Numbered from the stretch's first letter, positions 1 to 17,068 are shown. The stretch is 64,000 nt of DNA from Dehalococcoidales bacterium (GCA_028712355.1 JAQTQH010000001.1:9864-73863), one strand, 5' to 3'. The notes: a model not told the origin generated them from the letters alone. Translations and numbers: made by a program.

Positions 1-1209
1 GTGCTGGGTTTCGGCTACCTGGTCTCTGTACCGGCGGGCTTGAGCCTGCTGGCGCGGGACGTTTATGATAATTTTTCATCCTATTCACTTACCGTAATCC
101 CCATGTTTATCCTGATGGGTTCCATCGCCTTTGCTGCCGGCATGAGCCGCCGTCTTTACGACGCCAGCCACACCATCTTCGGACAGATGCGGGGCGGGTT
201 GCTCTTCGCGACGGTAGCAGGCTGCGCGGGATTTGCCGCCATTTGCGGATCGACCAGCGCAACTGCAGCGGCGATGGGGCGGGTTGCTCTCCCTGAGATG
301 AAACGCTTCAAGTACAATGATGCTATCGCCACCGGCTGCGTCGCGGCAGCAGGCAGCCTGGGCATTTTGATTCCACCCAGTACCATCTTCATGGTCTACG
401 GCATCCTGACCCAGCAGTCCATCGGGAAACTCTTTATTTCCGGCGTCCTGCCCGGCATCTTGCTTGCCGGACTCTTCATGCTCACTATATTCATTATCTG
501 CCGGCGCTACCCTGACTTCGCCCCTCCCGGTAAGCCTACCACCTACGCCGAAAAGATTGCCGGGCTGGCAGGCGTCGGGGAAATGTTCCTCCTTTTCGGG
601 CTGGTCATGGGCGGGCTCTTCCTCGGCTGGTTCAGCCCGATGCAGGCGGGCGCCGCCGGCGCTTTCCTCGCCCTGATTATCGGTATGGCGCGGGGGAAAA
701 TGAGCTGGGGAGGTATGCGCTTCGCTATTAATGACACGCTTAAAGTCACCGGCGAGGTGATGATTATCGTCACCGGGGCGGTCATCTTCGGGCATTTCAT
801 CGCGGTGACCAAGATTCCCATGTCTCTCACCTCCTGGGCGGCAGGACTCGCCATCCCGCCCAACGCCGTCATGGGGATTCTTATCCTGATATACTTTATC
901 GGCGGTTTCTTCATGGATGCGCTGGCGATGATTACACTTACCATCCCTATTGTTTATCCCCTGGTCGTCTCGCTGGGCTTCAATCCCATCTGGTTCGGGG
1001 TCATCATCGTACTGGTAACGGAAATGGGCGTGGTCACGCCGCCGGTGGGCATCAATGTCTTCGTCATCAAGAGCATCGCTGAAGACGTGCCGATGGAGAC
1101 CATTTTCAAGGGCGTATTCCCGTTCGTCGGCGCCATGCTGGTGGCGACCGCCCTGCTGATAGCTTTTCCCTGGATTGCCACATTCCTGCCCGGTCTGGTA
1201 ACGTATTAG
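1..1209 (+). CDS. dctM: TRAP transporter large permease subunit (DctM family), N-terminus cut by window edge
   Basis: 402-aa polytopic membrane ORF open to position 1. Paralogous to the complete DctM at 53081-54406 (shared blocks LGILIPPS/LGVLIPPS, FMD..A.I.LT.PI/FLD....I.IT.PI, PPVGINVF/PPYGVNLF). About 25-40 aa shorter at the N-terminus. Confidence 0.85.
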   Translation: MLGFGYLVSVPAGLSLLARDVYDNFSSYSLTVIPMFILMGSIAFAAGMSRRLYDASHTIFGQMRGGLLFATVAGCAGFAAICGSTSATAAAMGRVALPEMKRFKYNDAIATGCVAAAGSLGILIPPSTIFMVYGILTQQSIGKLFISGVLPGILLAGLFMLTIFIICRRYPDFAPPGKPTTYAEKIAGLAGVGEMFLLFGLVMGGLFLGWFSPMQAGAAGAFLALIIGMARGKMSWGGMRFAINDTLKVTGEVMIIVTGAVIFGHFIAVTKIPMSLTSWAAGLAIPPNAVMGILILIYFIGGFFMDALAMITLTIPIVYPLVVSLGFNPIWFGVIIVLVTEMGVVTPPVGINVFVIKSIAEDVPMETIFKGVFPFVGAMLVATALLIAFPWIATFLPGLVTY

Positions 1210-1218
1210 GAGTGATTT

Positions 1219-2769
1219 ATGACCATCGCTGAAATGCTGGCGAGAAACGCCCGGATGTACCCCGGGGATACCGCGCTTATCGAACTCAAGCCCAGCAAGA
1301 ATATCCGCCGGGAAATCAACTGGCGGCAGTTTGATGAACAGGCGGACCGCATCGCCAATGCCCTCATCCGGCGCGGCGTCCGCAAGGGTGATAAAGTCGT
1401 CCACCTGATGATGAACTCCATCAACTGGCTGGAGGCTTACTTCGGCATCATCCGCACCGGCGCATGGGCGGTGCCGCTCAACTTCCGCTTCACCAGCAAG
1501 GAAATCAACTACTGCGCAGACATCGCCGAAGCGAAAGCCATGATTTTCGGCGAGGAATTTACCGAGCGCCTTGAAGCCATCCGCCCGCAACTGACCAGCA
1601 TCAGGAACTTTATTTTTGTTGGCGAGAAATGTCCCGGCTGGGCAGAAGATTTTGAGAAAGTAATCAAAGAATCGCCGGCGACGCCGCCGCATGTCCCGCT
1701 CCATGACGAAGACCCCTGCGGGCTCTATTTCACCTCCGGCACCACCGGCACGCCGAAGCCCATTTTACTCACGCACAAGAACACGGAAAGCGCTGCTATT
1801 ACCGAAAACCGCCATCACCTCCAGACCCGTGATGATAACTATATCCTGCTACCTCCCCTCTATCACACCGGCGCCAAGATGCACTGGTTCGGCAGCCTTA
1901 TTGTCGGCGGGAGAGGAACCATCCTCACCGAGTTCAGTCCGTTGAACGTATTTAAGGCTGTCCATAACGAAAAGGGTACTATCGTATGGCTGCTGGTGCC
2001 CTGGGCGCAGGACATCCTCGGCGCGCTGGATAGAGGCGAGTTGCAAAAAGAGGACTACGACCTGAGCCGCTGGCGGCTGATGCACATCGGGGCGCAGCCG
2101 GTGCCGCCGAGCCTGGTCAAGCACTGGAAGCAGTATTTTCCTGATATGAAGTATGACACCAACTACGGACTGAGTGAGTCCGCAGGGCCCGGCTGCGTGC
2201 ACCTCGGCACGGAAAACGAGCACAAGGTCGGCGCCATCGGCAAGCCGGGCTTCAACTGGGAAGCCCGCATAGTGGATGATAATGGGAAAGATGTCCCGCC
2301 GGGCGGCGTCGGCGAGGTGATTGTGCGCGGCAACGGCGTGATGAAAGAGTATTATAAAAATCCGCAGAAGACCGCCGAGACCCTCAAAAACGGCTGGCTC
2401 TATACGGGAGACATGGGTCGCGCGGATAATGACGGCTTCATCTATCTGGTGGACCGGCGCAAGGATATGGTGAATGTGGGCGGGGAAAAGATATTCCCGG
2501 TCGAGGTAGAAGAGATATTAATTTCCCACCCGAAGATTTATGACGCCGCCGTTATCGGTGTCCCGGATGAGCGGCTTGGCGAGGCGGTTGCCGCTGTTAT
2601 CGACCCCAAGCCCGGCATGACCCTGACCGAAGCTGAAGTTGCCCTATTCTGCGAACAAAACCTGCCCCGTTACAAACGCCCCCGCCACATCTTCTTTGAC
2701 AAAGTGCCCCGCAATCCCACCGGCAAGATTGAAAAGCCAAAACTAAGGGATAAGTACGGGAAGGGGTAA
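1219..2769 (+). CDS. AMP-dependent acyl-CoA synthetase/ligase (class I adenylate-forming enzyme)
   Basis: 516 aa. AMP-binding motifs YFTSGTTGTPKP, GWLYTGDMG and PRNPTGKIEK. GGAG-type RBS 10 nt after the dctM stop. Confidence 0.88.
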   Translation: MTIAEMLARNARMYPGDTALIELKPSKNIRREINWRQFDEQADRIANALIRRGVRKGDKVVHLMMNSINWLEAYFGIIRTGAWAVPLNFRFTSKEINYCADIAEAKAMIFGEEFTERLEAIRPQLTSIRNFIFVGEKCPGWAEDFEKVIKESPATPPHVPLHDEDPCGLYFTSGTTGTPKPILLTHKNTESAAITENRHHLQTRDDNYILLPPLYHTGAKMHWFGSLIVGGRGTILTEFSPLNVFKAVHNEKGTIVWLLVPWAQDILGALDRGELQKEDYDLSRWRLMHIGAQPVPPSLVKHWKQYFPDMKYDTNYGLSESAGPGCVHLGTENEHKVGAIGKPGFNWEARIVDDNGKDVPPGGVGEVIVRGNGVMKEYYKNPQKTAETLKNGWLYTGDMGRADNDGFIYLVDRRKDMVNVGGEKIFPVEVEEILISHPKIYDAAVIGVPDERLGEAVAAVIDPKPGMTLTEAEVALFCEQNLPRYKRPRHIFFDKVPRNPTGKIEKPKLRDKYGKG

Positions 2770-2780
2770 CTACCTCACCT

Positions 2781-2874
2781 GTCATTGCGAGGAGCATAGC
2801 GACGAAGCAGTCTCTTTTCCTCAACCCCTCCAGACTGCTTCGCCTCTTTCTGCGGAAGGATGGTCTCGCCATAA
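2781..2874 (+). repeat. Family B structured repeat (GTCATTGCGAG ... inner GAAGCAGTCT/AGACTGCTTC hairpin ... degenerate CTCGCCATAA end), copy B1
   Basis: Starts 12 nt after the ligase stop. The 5' terminus GTCATTGCGAGGAGC is shared with copies at 35495, 32253 and 41096. Inner 10-bp hairpin at 2804-2841. Confidence 0.6.
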
Positions 2875-3072
2875 TAATAGCAACCGGGATTGCGTAAAAA
2901 GCGTCTTACCTACCACACAAAGAATTCCGGGCTTCGGTTCTTCCACAGACCCGTAAAGGAGAGCTTTACATATCACGGCAAACCTATCTTTTTACCCCCT
3001 CATTCGTTATAATAATTGCACATGGTAACAATACGTCTGCCCGGCGCTGTGCCGGGCTAAAGGGGTTATCAG

Positions 3073-3606
3073 GTGCAAGATGAGGAGAGCCTCGTCAGGC
3101 GTGCTAAAGAGCATGACCCGGAGGCGTTAACTCAAATATATGAAGAGAACTTCGATAAGGTTTACCGATACGTGGTTCTCAAGATTGGAGAAAGGACCGA
3201 GGCGGAGGATATTACCCAGCAGGTATTCCTCAGCGCCATCAAGTCCATTTCTTCCTTTAAATGGCAGGGGGCACCGGTATCTGCCTGGTTGTATCGTATT
3301 GCGCACAACCAGATTGTGGACTACCTGAGGAGGAAGACCAAGGTGCCGACGGTGCAGCTGGATGAATCACTGGCGAGTGAAAGTGATGACCCGGAGTCTC
3401 TGGCGGAGCAAAAGGTAGAGATTGAGCATCTCAGTATGATAATGAAAAGATTGACCAGGGCGCAGCAGCAGGTGATTTCACTCCGCTTTACCGCGGAGAT
3501 GTCTATCGCGGAATGCGCCAGGGCAATGGGTAAAAGCGAGGGGGCAATTAAGGCATTGCAGCACAGCGCCATCGCGGCGCTGCGGCGGGAGTTAGCGGCG
3601 GGGTAG
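3073..3606 (+). CDS. ECF-type sigma-70 family RNA polymerase sigma factor
   Basis: 177 aa. Region 2 (DITQQVFLSA, WLYRIAHNQIVDYLRR) and region 4 HTH (MSIAECARAMGKSEGAIKALQHSA). GTG start. Confidence 0.88.
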   Translation: MQDEESLVRRAKEHDPEALTQIYEENFDKVYRYVVLKIGERTEAEDITQQVFLSAIKSISSFKWQGAPVSAWLYRIAHNQIVDYLRRKTKVPTVQLDESLASESDDPESLAEQKVEIEHLSMIMKRLTRAQQQVISLRFTAEMSIAECARAMGKSEGAIKALQHSAIAALRRELAAG

Positions 3607-3610
3607 AGAG

Positions 3611-4573
3611 ATGAACAGTACAAGGGAATTTGACAATATTCTGAATGAGTGCCTGGAAAGGATTCTGCTCAAGGGCGAATCCATCGAGCAGTGCCTGGCG
3701 GGGCACCCCGGGATTGCCGGCGAGCTAAAACCCCTGCTGGAGACCGCCATCGCCGCCAAGCAGGCGACGGCAGTCAAGCCGCGGGCCGAGTTCCGTGAGA
3801 AGACACGCCGCCAGTTCCAGAACGCGGTCTATGAAACCGTAGAAAAACGGGCGCACCGCTCATTATTCAGCTGGCACCCCCAGTGGGCGACCACCGTGGC
3901 GGCAGTGCTCATTGTAGTCCTGCTGGGAGGCGGAGGGACGGTCGCCGCCGCCAGCAACAGTCTGCCGGATGAGACGCTGTATCCGGTGAAAATCGCCACG
4001 GAACAGGTTCGCCTGGTCCTGACCCCCACAGCAATGGGCAAAGCCGACCTGTACGTCAAGCTGACGGATAAGAGGGTTAGCGAAATCGAGGCTATGGCAG
4101 CGCGTGGTAACCCCCATCATATTGAGGTAGCCTCCGAGCGTATGAATGAACATCTGGCAGCGATAGCGATGCTGAGGGGAACGAGGGTTGCCATGCCGAT
4201 GGGGATGATGGCACCGGCACCGCAAATGCTAACATCCTCGAATGAGTCGGCGGATACCGCTGCCCCGGCGCGTACGGCTCCTAACTTCGCGCCGGCACCC
4301 GCACCGGTCACAGGAATAGCACCGCCGGTGGCGGTAGCACCTCGTGTGAAAGTACCTGCCGATAATGAAACCCTCAACAAGGAACTTGATAAATTGGACC
4401 GGGAAACCCGGCTGAAGGTTATCATCGCCCGGCGGGCAATCGAAAACCGGGAGGCGCTGCTTGCCATGCTGGAACGCGCTCCGGAACACGTCAAGCCGGC
4501 GCTCCAGCGCGCTCTCGCTCAATCCGAAGAAGGCTACCAGAATGCCCTGAAAGCGCTGGACAAAGAAGAATAG
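3611..4573 (+). CDS. Putative anti-sigma factor, single-pass membrane protein (DUF5667-like)
   Basis: Starts 5 nt after the sigma gene. N-terminal cytoplasmic helix bundle, one TM segment (WATTVAAVLIVVLLGGGG), extracytoplasmic helical domain plus an Ala/Pro-rich segment. Assignment rests on position and architecture. Confidence 0.55.
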   Translation: MNSTREFDNILNECLERILLKGESIEQCLAGHPGIAGELKPLLETAIAAKQATAVKPRAEFREKTRRQFQNAVYETVEKRAHRSLFSWHPQWATTVAAVLIVVLLGGGGTVAAASNSLPDETLYPVKIATEQVRLVLTPTAMGKADLYVKLTDKRVSEIEAMAARGNPHHIEVASERMNEHLAAIAMLRGTRVAMPMGMMAPAPQMLTSSNESADTAAPARTAPNFAPAPAPVTGIAPPVAVAPRVKVPADNETLNKELDKLDRETRLKVIIARRAIENREALLAMLERAPEHVKPALQRALAQSEEGYQNALKALDKEE

Positions 4574-4597
4574 CCGGTTTTTCTTAACAGTTTTCAG

Positions 4598-4626
4598 AAG
4601 CCGTCCTAACTTTCGGGCGGCTTTTG
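4598..4626 (+). terminator. Candidate intrinsic terminator after the sigma/anti-sigma pair
   Basis: 9-bp stem AAGCCGTCC/GGGCGGCTT with an 8-nt loop, followed by a short T-rich tail. Confidence 0.4.
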
Positions 4627-4668
4627 CGTTATAAATAGTGTACGGGAAATTACAAGGAGGATAAAAGG

Positions 4669-5433
4669 ATGAAAAGAACGTGGTTGGCGGTGGTCGGTAT
4701 TTTGCTGGTAGTAGTGGTGGCAGCTCTAACAGCCTGCAGTGGTGAGACCAGCATTGCCGGCCCCGCTAATTTAAAGGTAGACCTGGGCAGCCAGCAGGAA
4801 GGCATCTTTGTTAATGGTACCGGCAAGGTAGCCGCTGCGCCGGATATCGCCACGCTGAGCCTGGGCATCGAAGCCCAGGAAACAAGCGTCGCGGATGCCC
4901 AGACCAAAGCCGCTGCCGCGATGGAAAAGGTAATTGCCGCGCTCAAAAACGGCGGCATCGCCACCAAGGATATTCAGACCCAGTATTTCAATATTCAGAA
5001 AGTGACCCGCTGGGATGATAAACAGCAGCTAGAGGTCGTGCTGGGCTACAAAGTTACCAACATCGTGACCGCCAGGATAAGAACCATGGACAAAGTGGGT
5101 ACGATTATCGATGCGGTAGCGGCGGCGGGGGGTGATCTGACCCGGATCAACAGCGTGTCCTTCTCCATCGAAGACCCGACCGACTATCAGAAAGATGCCC
5201 GTGCCAGGGCGATGGCAGACGCACAGGCAAAGGCGAAGCAGCTTGCCGACCTGAGCGGCATCAAGCTGGGTAAACCTTCCTATATCTCGGAGAGCACTTA
5301 TACCCCGGCACCGATTTACCGTGATACCAAGATGGCGGTCCCGGCAGCGTCTCAGGGAGTGGAGACATCTATCAATGCCGGCGAGCTGGACGTGGTAGTT
5401 AACGTGCAGGTTACCTACGCCATCGCCGAATAA
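4669..5433 (+). CDS. SIMPL/DUF541-family lipoprotein
   Basis: 254 aa. Signal peptide plus lipobox (VVAALTAC). Strong AAGGAGG RBS. Overall pattern of the 26-kDa periplasmic immunogenic protein family (GYKVTN.V.V.......G.IID, INAGELDV). Confidence 0.7.
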   Translation: MKRTWLAVVGILLVVVVAALTACSGETSIAGPANLKVDLGSQQEGIFVNGTGKVAAAPDIATLSLGIEAQETSVADAQTKAAAAMEKVIAALKNGGIATKDIQTQYFNIQKVTRWDDKQQLEVVLGYKVTNIVTARIRTMDKVGTIIDAVAAAGGDLTRINSVSFSIEDPTDYQKDARARAMADAQAKAKQLADLSGIKLGKPSYISESTYTPAPIYRDTKMAVPAASQGVETSINAGELDVVVNVQVTYAIAE

Positions 5434-5495
5434 CATAGAAATCACCCGTAAATTGTAATAGGAAAAGAAAACACAGAAGGGAGGAGGTGACCAAG

Positions 5496-6086
5496 ATGTC
5501 GCGAAAAGTAAAGGTTCTGATAGGGGTTCTTCTGGGAGTGATGATGCTGACGCTGGGCGGTACCGCCATCGCGTTTGCCGATGACACGGCGGCTGCCCCG
5601 GTGGACAACGCCACCAGTCCATCGATACTCGACCGGATAGCGGAAATCTTGAAAATCGATAAGCAGACCCTGACCGATGCCTTCAACCAGGCGCGCCAGG
5701 AGATGCAGGCGGACAACCAGACCCGGTTCCGCGAGCGGAGAGAGTTGACCGAGGAAGAGAAAGCACAACTGCAGGAGAGGCGGCAGGAGCAGATTGAGAA
5801 GATGAAGGAGCGGATGCTGCAGATGAGGGAGAGAGCCGCCGAAGCCCGCCAGCAGATGCTGGATAGAGCCGTTGAGAAGGGCACTATCACCGGGGATGAA
5901 AAACAGGGGATCATCGACTGGTGGAATGCCCGACCGGAGGCACTGGACAAGCTGGGACCGCAGGGTGGAATCGGCAACAGTTTCTGCCCGCCCGGACAGT
6001 TTAAAAAGGCGCCCAATGCAACGCAGAACCAGAGAGCTAACAGGGTTATGCCTGGAGCCGGCATGATGGGTGGAGTGGTGAGGTAG
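5496..6086 (+). CDS. Secreted coiled-coil protein of unknown function (DUF2680-like)
   Basis: ORF track starts at GTG 5487. ATG 5496 lies 8 nt after GGAGGAGG. Signal peptide (VLIGVLLGVMMLTLGGTAIAFA) followed by a highly charged helical repeat region. Confidence 0.5.
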   Translation: MSRKVKVLIGVLLGVMMLTLGGTAIAFADDTAAAPVDNATSPSILDRIAEILKIDKQTLTDAFNQARQEMQADNQTRFRERRELTEEEKAQLQERRQEQIEKMKERMLQMRERAAEARQQMLDRAVEKGTITGDEKQGIIDWWNARPEALDKLGPQGGIGNSFCPPGQFKKAPNATQNQRANRVMPGAGMMGGVVR

Positions 6087-6143
6087 AAAGAGCATGCGGC
6101 TGACGCCGTGCTAGCCCGCCCGGTGCAAACCGGATTTCACATT

Positions 6144-6170
6144 GAGGGAGCTTCGCATAGAGGCTCCCTC
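6144..6170. terminator. Hairpin between convergent genes (possible bidirectional terminator)
   Basis: GAGGGAGC-11 nt-GCTCCCTC followed by TCCTATTTATT. Sits between the stops at 6086 (+) and 6173 (-). Confidence 0.4.
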
Positions 6171-6172
6171 TC

Positions 6173-6721
6173 CTATTTATTCCCCGATTCAGTGTAGCGT
6201 TCCCATTCGCTGTATAGGCAGCCGCAGTACTGCTGGCGGTAGAGTTCCATCGGTTTTGTGATGTGGCGGCTGTCCGAGTAGCGCTTGCGCAGGTCGGCGT
6301 AGAGGAAGGCAATACCCTTCTCCTTAGCAATTTTCTCGCCGATTTCCTTAATCAGTTCGTGTTTCTGATGGGGGCTGATGAGCAGGGTGGTGGTGAAGGA
6401 CCCGATTCCCATCTGGCAGGCTACCTCAGCCGCCCTGGTGAGTCTCAGCTCGAAGCAGCAGCGGCAGCGGTCGGCTTCATGCCCCGCTACCCGCCGGAAG
6501 TACTCCGGCATGTCATAGCTTTCGGCAACGGTGAGCGGCAGACTGATTTCCTGCGCCAGCTTTTGCATGGCTTCCAAGCGGCTCTGGTGTTCCATGAAGG
6601 GATGGATGTTGGGGTTGTACCAGAAGCCGCTTGCCTGATAGCCCTGCTCCCGCCAGTATTGGGCGGTATACGCGGCGCAGTGGGCGCAGCAGGTGTGAAT
6701 TAAGACGGAGGTCATGGGCAT
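6173..6721 (-). CDS. queH: Epoxyqueuosine reductase QueH (DUF208)
   Basis: 182 aa. N-terminal HTCCAHC, central CRCC, C-terminal YCGC cysteine pattern and the length typical of QueH. Confidence 0.85.
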   Translation of the reverse strand: MPMTSVLIHTCCAHCAAYTAQYWREQGYQASGFWYNPNIHPFMEHQSRLEAMQKLAQEISLPLTVAESYDMPEYFRRVAGHEADRCRCCFELRLTRAAEVACQMGIGSFTTTLLISPHQKHELIKEIGEKIAKEKGIAFLYADLRKRYSDSRHITKPMELYRQQYCGCLYSEWERYTESGNK

Positions 6722-6817
6722 ATTTTAGACTGACGGAGAAGGATTTGGCAATGTTTTATGGTAAAATGAGAATGATCAATGACTAAATGAATAATAAAAA
6801 ATAGGAAGGAGTGCCAA

Positions 6818-7051
6818 ATGAATATGGATGGAAGGGCTGCTAGTCTTAAAGCGAGGGAATATCTGGTCGAATTGAATGGTTCCTATAATATCTGGAATTT
6901 TCAAGTAGAAAACGTTGAGTATAATGAGCAAAACAAAACATGGGCTGTACAATGTTCTTTTACACCAAACATGTTCGTTACTGAAAGATTGAAATATGAA
7001 ATTATAGTATCTGATACTGGGAGTATCAAATCGGCAAAGAAAGTCAAGTAG
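6818..7051 (+). CDS. Hypothetical 77-aa protein in AT-rich islet (candidate partner of the PIN-like protein)
   Basis: AGGAAGGAG RBS 6 nt upstream. AT-rich codon usage matches the downstream ORF. No recognisable family motif. Confidence 0.5.
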   Translation: MNMDGRAASLKAREYLVELNGSYNIWNFQVENVEYNEQNKTWAVQCSFTPNMFVTERLKYEIIVSDTGSIKSAKKVK

Positions 7052-7055
7052 TTTT

Positions 7056-7574
7056 ATGAATTATTTATCAATATTATCAAATGGCTTGATAATTGATACT
7101 GGCCCCCTATTGTTACTTACGTTTTGTCGTTATAACGAAGGGCGATACCTTGAAAAAGTACGGTCTTACATTCCCAAGCCAGATATTAAGGCAGTGTCGG
7201 TGACAATCCAACAAATACTCTCCGCCGTGCCCAAAGCTGCTGTGACATCTTATGTATTAGGTGAATTTCACGCACTCGCAGGTAGGGAATTAGATTCAGA
7301 GGGAGTAATTGGTTTGATGTCCAGCAATTATGAGATGCTTAATAAAATTGAAGAAATCACTATCAGCAAGGGTGATATTTTACGTGCAAAACAGGAAAGA
7401 ACATTCCACTTTTGCTTTGCTGACACATCGCTAATGCTCGCTGCAATGCGGACTAACATGCCAGTATTGACTATAGACCGTGAATTGGGAAGATATTGTA
7501 AGGCTAATAATATCCCATCACTTGATCTGTATTATGAGTGCTTTGTTAACGACAGTTGGCTTACTTTCTCGTGA
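7056..7574 (+). CDS. PIN-domain-like (VapC-like) protein
   Basis: 172 aa, 4 nt after the previous ORF. Acidic residues in PIN order and context: LIIDTGPLL, SYVLGEFHAL, CFADTSLMLAAM, PVLTIDRELGRY. Motif-level call only. Confidence 0.55.
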   Translation: MNYLSILSNGLIIDTGPLLLLTFCRYNEGRYLEKVRSYIPKPDIKAVSVTIQQILSAVPKAAVTSYVLGEFHALAGRELDSEGVIGLMSSNYEMLNKIEEITISKGDILRAKQERTFHFCFADTSLMLAAMRTNMPVLTIDRELGRYCKANNIPSLDLYYECFVNDSWLTFS

Positions 7575-7592
7575 GCAGCATTTTCCAAATAT

Positions 7593-8618
7593 TTACAGCA
7601 GACTCGGCTGGTTGTTGTTCTTCTCTTTGTGATAGGGGATGCCGAGGTGCTGGTAGGCGAGGGGAGTGGCGAGTCTGCCGCGGGGGGTGCGCTCCAGGAA
7701 GCCCAGCTGCAACAGGTAAGGTTCGTAGACATCCATGATAGTGTCCGATTCCTCGCTGATGGAGGCGGCAATGGTCTCCAGCCCCACCGGTCCCCCGCCG
7801 AACTTATCGATTATCGTGTGCAGCAGCTTGTGGTCGACATCATCCAGCCCGATGGCATCGACCTGTAGTTTCGCCAGCGCTTCAAGGGCGGCTTTCTTCG
7901 TGATGATGCCGTCCGCCATCACCTGGGCGTAGTCCCGCACCCGGCGCAGGAGGCGGTTGGCGACGCGGGGTGTGCCGCGGGCGCGGCAGGCGATTTCTTT
8001 TAAACCTTCGGCTTCCGCTTCGACCTGTAAAATCTGGGCGGAGCGTTTTATAATTTTTTCAATCGACTGCGGGTCATAAAAATCGAGGCGGTACACCGAG
8101 CCAAAGCGGTCGCGCAGGGGCGGACTGAGCAGGGCGTAGCGGGTGGTGGCGCCGATGAGGGTAAATTTGGGCAGGTTGAGACGCAGGCTGCGGGCGCCCG
8201 GCCCCTTGCCGATGATGATATCCAGCGCATAGTCTTCCATCGCCGGATAAAGGATTTCCTCGACGACGCGGCTGAGGCGGTGGATTTCATCGATAAAGAG
8301 GATGTCCCCGGCTTTCAGATTGGTCAGGATAGCCGCTAAATCTCCGGTGCGCTCGATGGCAGGCCCCGAGGTCATGCGGATGTTTACGCCCACCTCGGCG
8401 GCGATGATATAAGCGAGGGTGGTTTTGCCGAGTCCCGGCGGACCGTAGAGCAGGACGTGGTCGAGGCTTTCGCCGCGGGCGCGCGCCGCCGCAATGGCGA
8501 TGCCAAGGTTTTCTTTAATCTGTTCCTGCCCGGTAAAATCCGCCAGGGTATGCGGCCGCAGGCTGGTATCCAGCGGGGCATCTTCCACGGCGGGCTTACC
8601 GGAAACAACGCGTGCCAT
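7593..8618 (-). CDS. ruvB: Holliday junction branch migration helicase RuvB
   Basis: 341 aa. Walker [10 protein letters not shown], Walker [10 protein letters not shown], sensor and winged-helix C-terminus. Confidence 0.96.
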   Translation of the reverse strand: MARVVSGKPAVEDAPLDTSLRPHTLADFTGQEQIKENLGIAIAAARARGESLDHVLLYGPPGLGKTTLAYIIAAEVGVNIRMTSGPAIERTGDLAAILTNLKAGDILFIDEIHRLSRVVEEILYPAMEDYALDIIIGKGPGARSLRLNLPKFTLIGATTRYALLSPPLRDRFGSVYRLDFYDPQSIEKIIKRSAQILQVEAEAEGLKEIACRARGTPRVANRLLRRVRDYAQVMADGIITKKAALEALAKLQVDAIGLDDVDHKLLHTIIDKFGGGPVGLETIAASISEESDTIMDVYEPYLLQLGFLERTPRGRLATPLAYQHLGIPYHKEKNNNQPSLL

Positions 8619-8717
8619 ATTACCTCACTGGAGTTAATATAGCATTTTTGAGGGGATTTATAAACCGCTCACCGCGAGTCTTTGCTGAAAAATCGGGACT
8701 TGATAGAGTATTTAACT

Positions 8718-8786
8718 GTCACCCTGAGCGGAGCGAAGGCTCTCATTCAACGGGATTATTCGGTCGCTTCGCTCGCTCAGAATGAC
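8718..8786 (+). repeat. Family B-related structured repeat (GTCACCCTGAGCG ... CGCTCAGAATGAC), copy B3
   Basis: 69 nt in the ruvB/rpoC spacer. Outer inverted termini plus inner GAGCGAAG/CTTCGCTC pairing. Confidence 0.55.
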
Positions 8787-8795
8787 AAGGTTCTT

Positions 8796-12782
<3,987 letters not shown>

Positions 12783-12785
12783 AAT

Positions 12786-16544
<3,759 letters not shown>

Positions 16545-16688
16545 CTCAACTCCTTAAAAGGCAAACGCTTATTCTAAAACTGCCGCGTATCTTCTGAACT
16601 TAGTTTATTGATTGCAAACGCATACTTCAGCGCATTTTTTCAGTGGGTCTTACAGAGGTTAAAATATGAGGCATTATTGCAAATTTAA

Positions 16689-16717
16689 ATCTTATCATTT
16701 TTTTTTACGGTTGTCAA
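16689..16717 (-). promoter_or_regulatory. Candidate sigma-70 promoter for rpoBC
   Basis: Minus strand reads TTGACA-17 nt-TAAGAT in the AT-rich spacer, about 140 nt upstream of the rpoB start. Confidence 0.4.
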
Positions 16718-16867
16718 ATTCATTCTCAAATTACGTATAAACAATTTCCGCCGCCCTGTTCTTGACTCCCCAGTAAAAGCGATGTTGAAAGAAAAGAGGT
16801 GTGGTTGTAGTATATGTATATATGTATATTAGAGTGAAATAGTGCCGGGTGATAAGGAGTCCGTATC

Positions 16868-17062
16868 ATGCTGTTTAAAATAAATTGTCCGAGCTGTGGC
16901 ACTGAAACCAGTTTCTCTTTCCGGGAGCTCGATTATAAAGGACCGTTCCGCTGCTGGAAGTGCCGGGCTACGTTTACCATTAGAATCGAAAATAAAAAGC
17001 TGACTTCCTGTGAGCCTCTTAGCGCCGAAGATTTTGCCAAGGTGAATAAGCTGAACTACTAG
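16868..17062 (+). CDS. Small zinc-ribbon protein
   Basis: 64 aa. CPSC ... CWKC pair of CxxC knuckles. AAGGAG RBS 9 nt upstream. Confidence 0.5.
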   Translation: MLFKINCPSCGTETSFSFRELDYKGPFRCWKCRATFTIRIENKKLTSCEPLSAEDFAKVNKLNY

Positions 17063-17068
17063 GCAGAC

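Noticed and set aside
85-1704. Long antisense or alternative-frame ORFs in the track. Examples: 85-1704 (-), 9159-10058 (+), 12114-12926 (+), 13812-14774 (+), 43364-44083 (-), 49650-50834 (+), 60912-62138 (+), 62448-63821 (+).
   Set aside because: They lie opposite or out of frame to genes with unambiguous family motifs. Their compositions are Arg/Gly/Ala/Pro-rich and low in complexity, as is typical of shadow ORFs in GC-rich DNA. They lack RBS context.
6722-7592. AT-rich islet as a bona fide mobile element.
   Set aside because: There are no flanking direct or inverted repeats, no tRNA attachment site and no recombinase. Only the compositional anomaly supports foreign origin, so it is reported as a finding rather than annotated as a mobile element.
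16811-16829. TATATGTATATATGTATAT alternating TA/TG tract upstream of the zinc-ribbon gene.
   Set aside because: It is a short, single-copy stretch within an AT-rich divergent promoter region. It most simply provides overlapping -10-like hexamers, and I could not pair it with a convincing -35.
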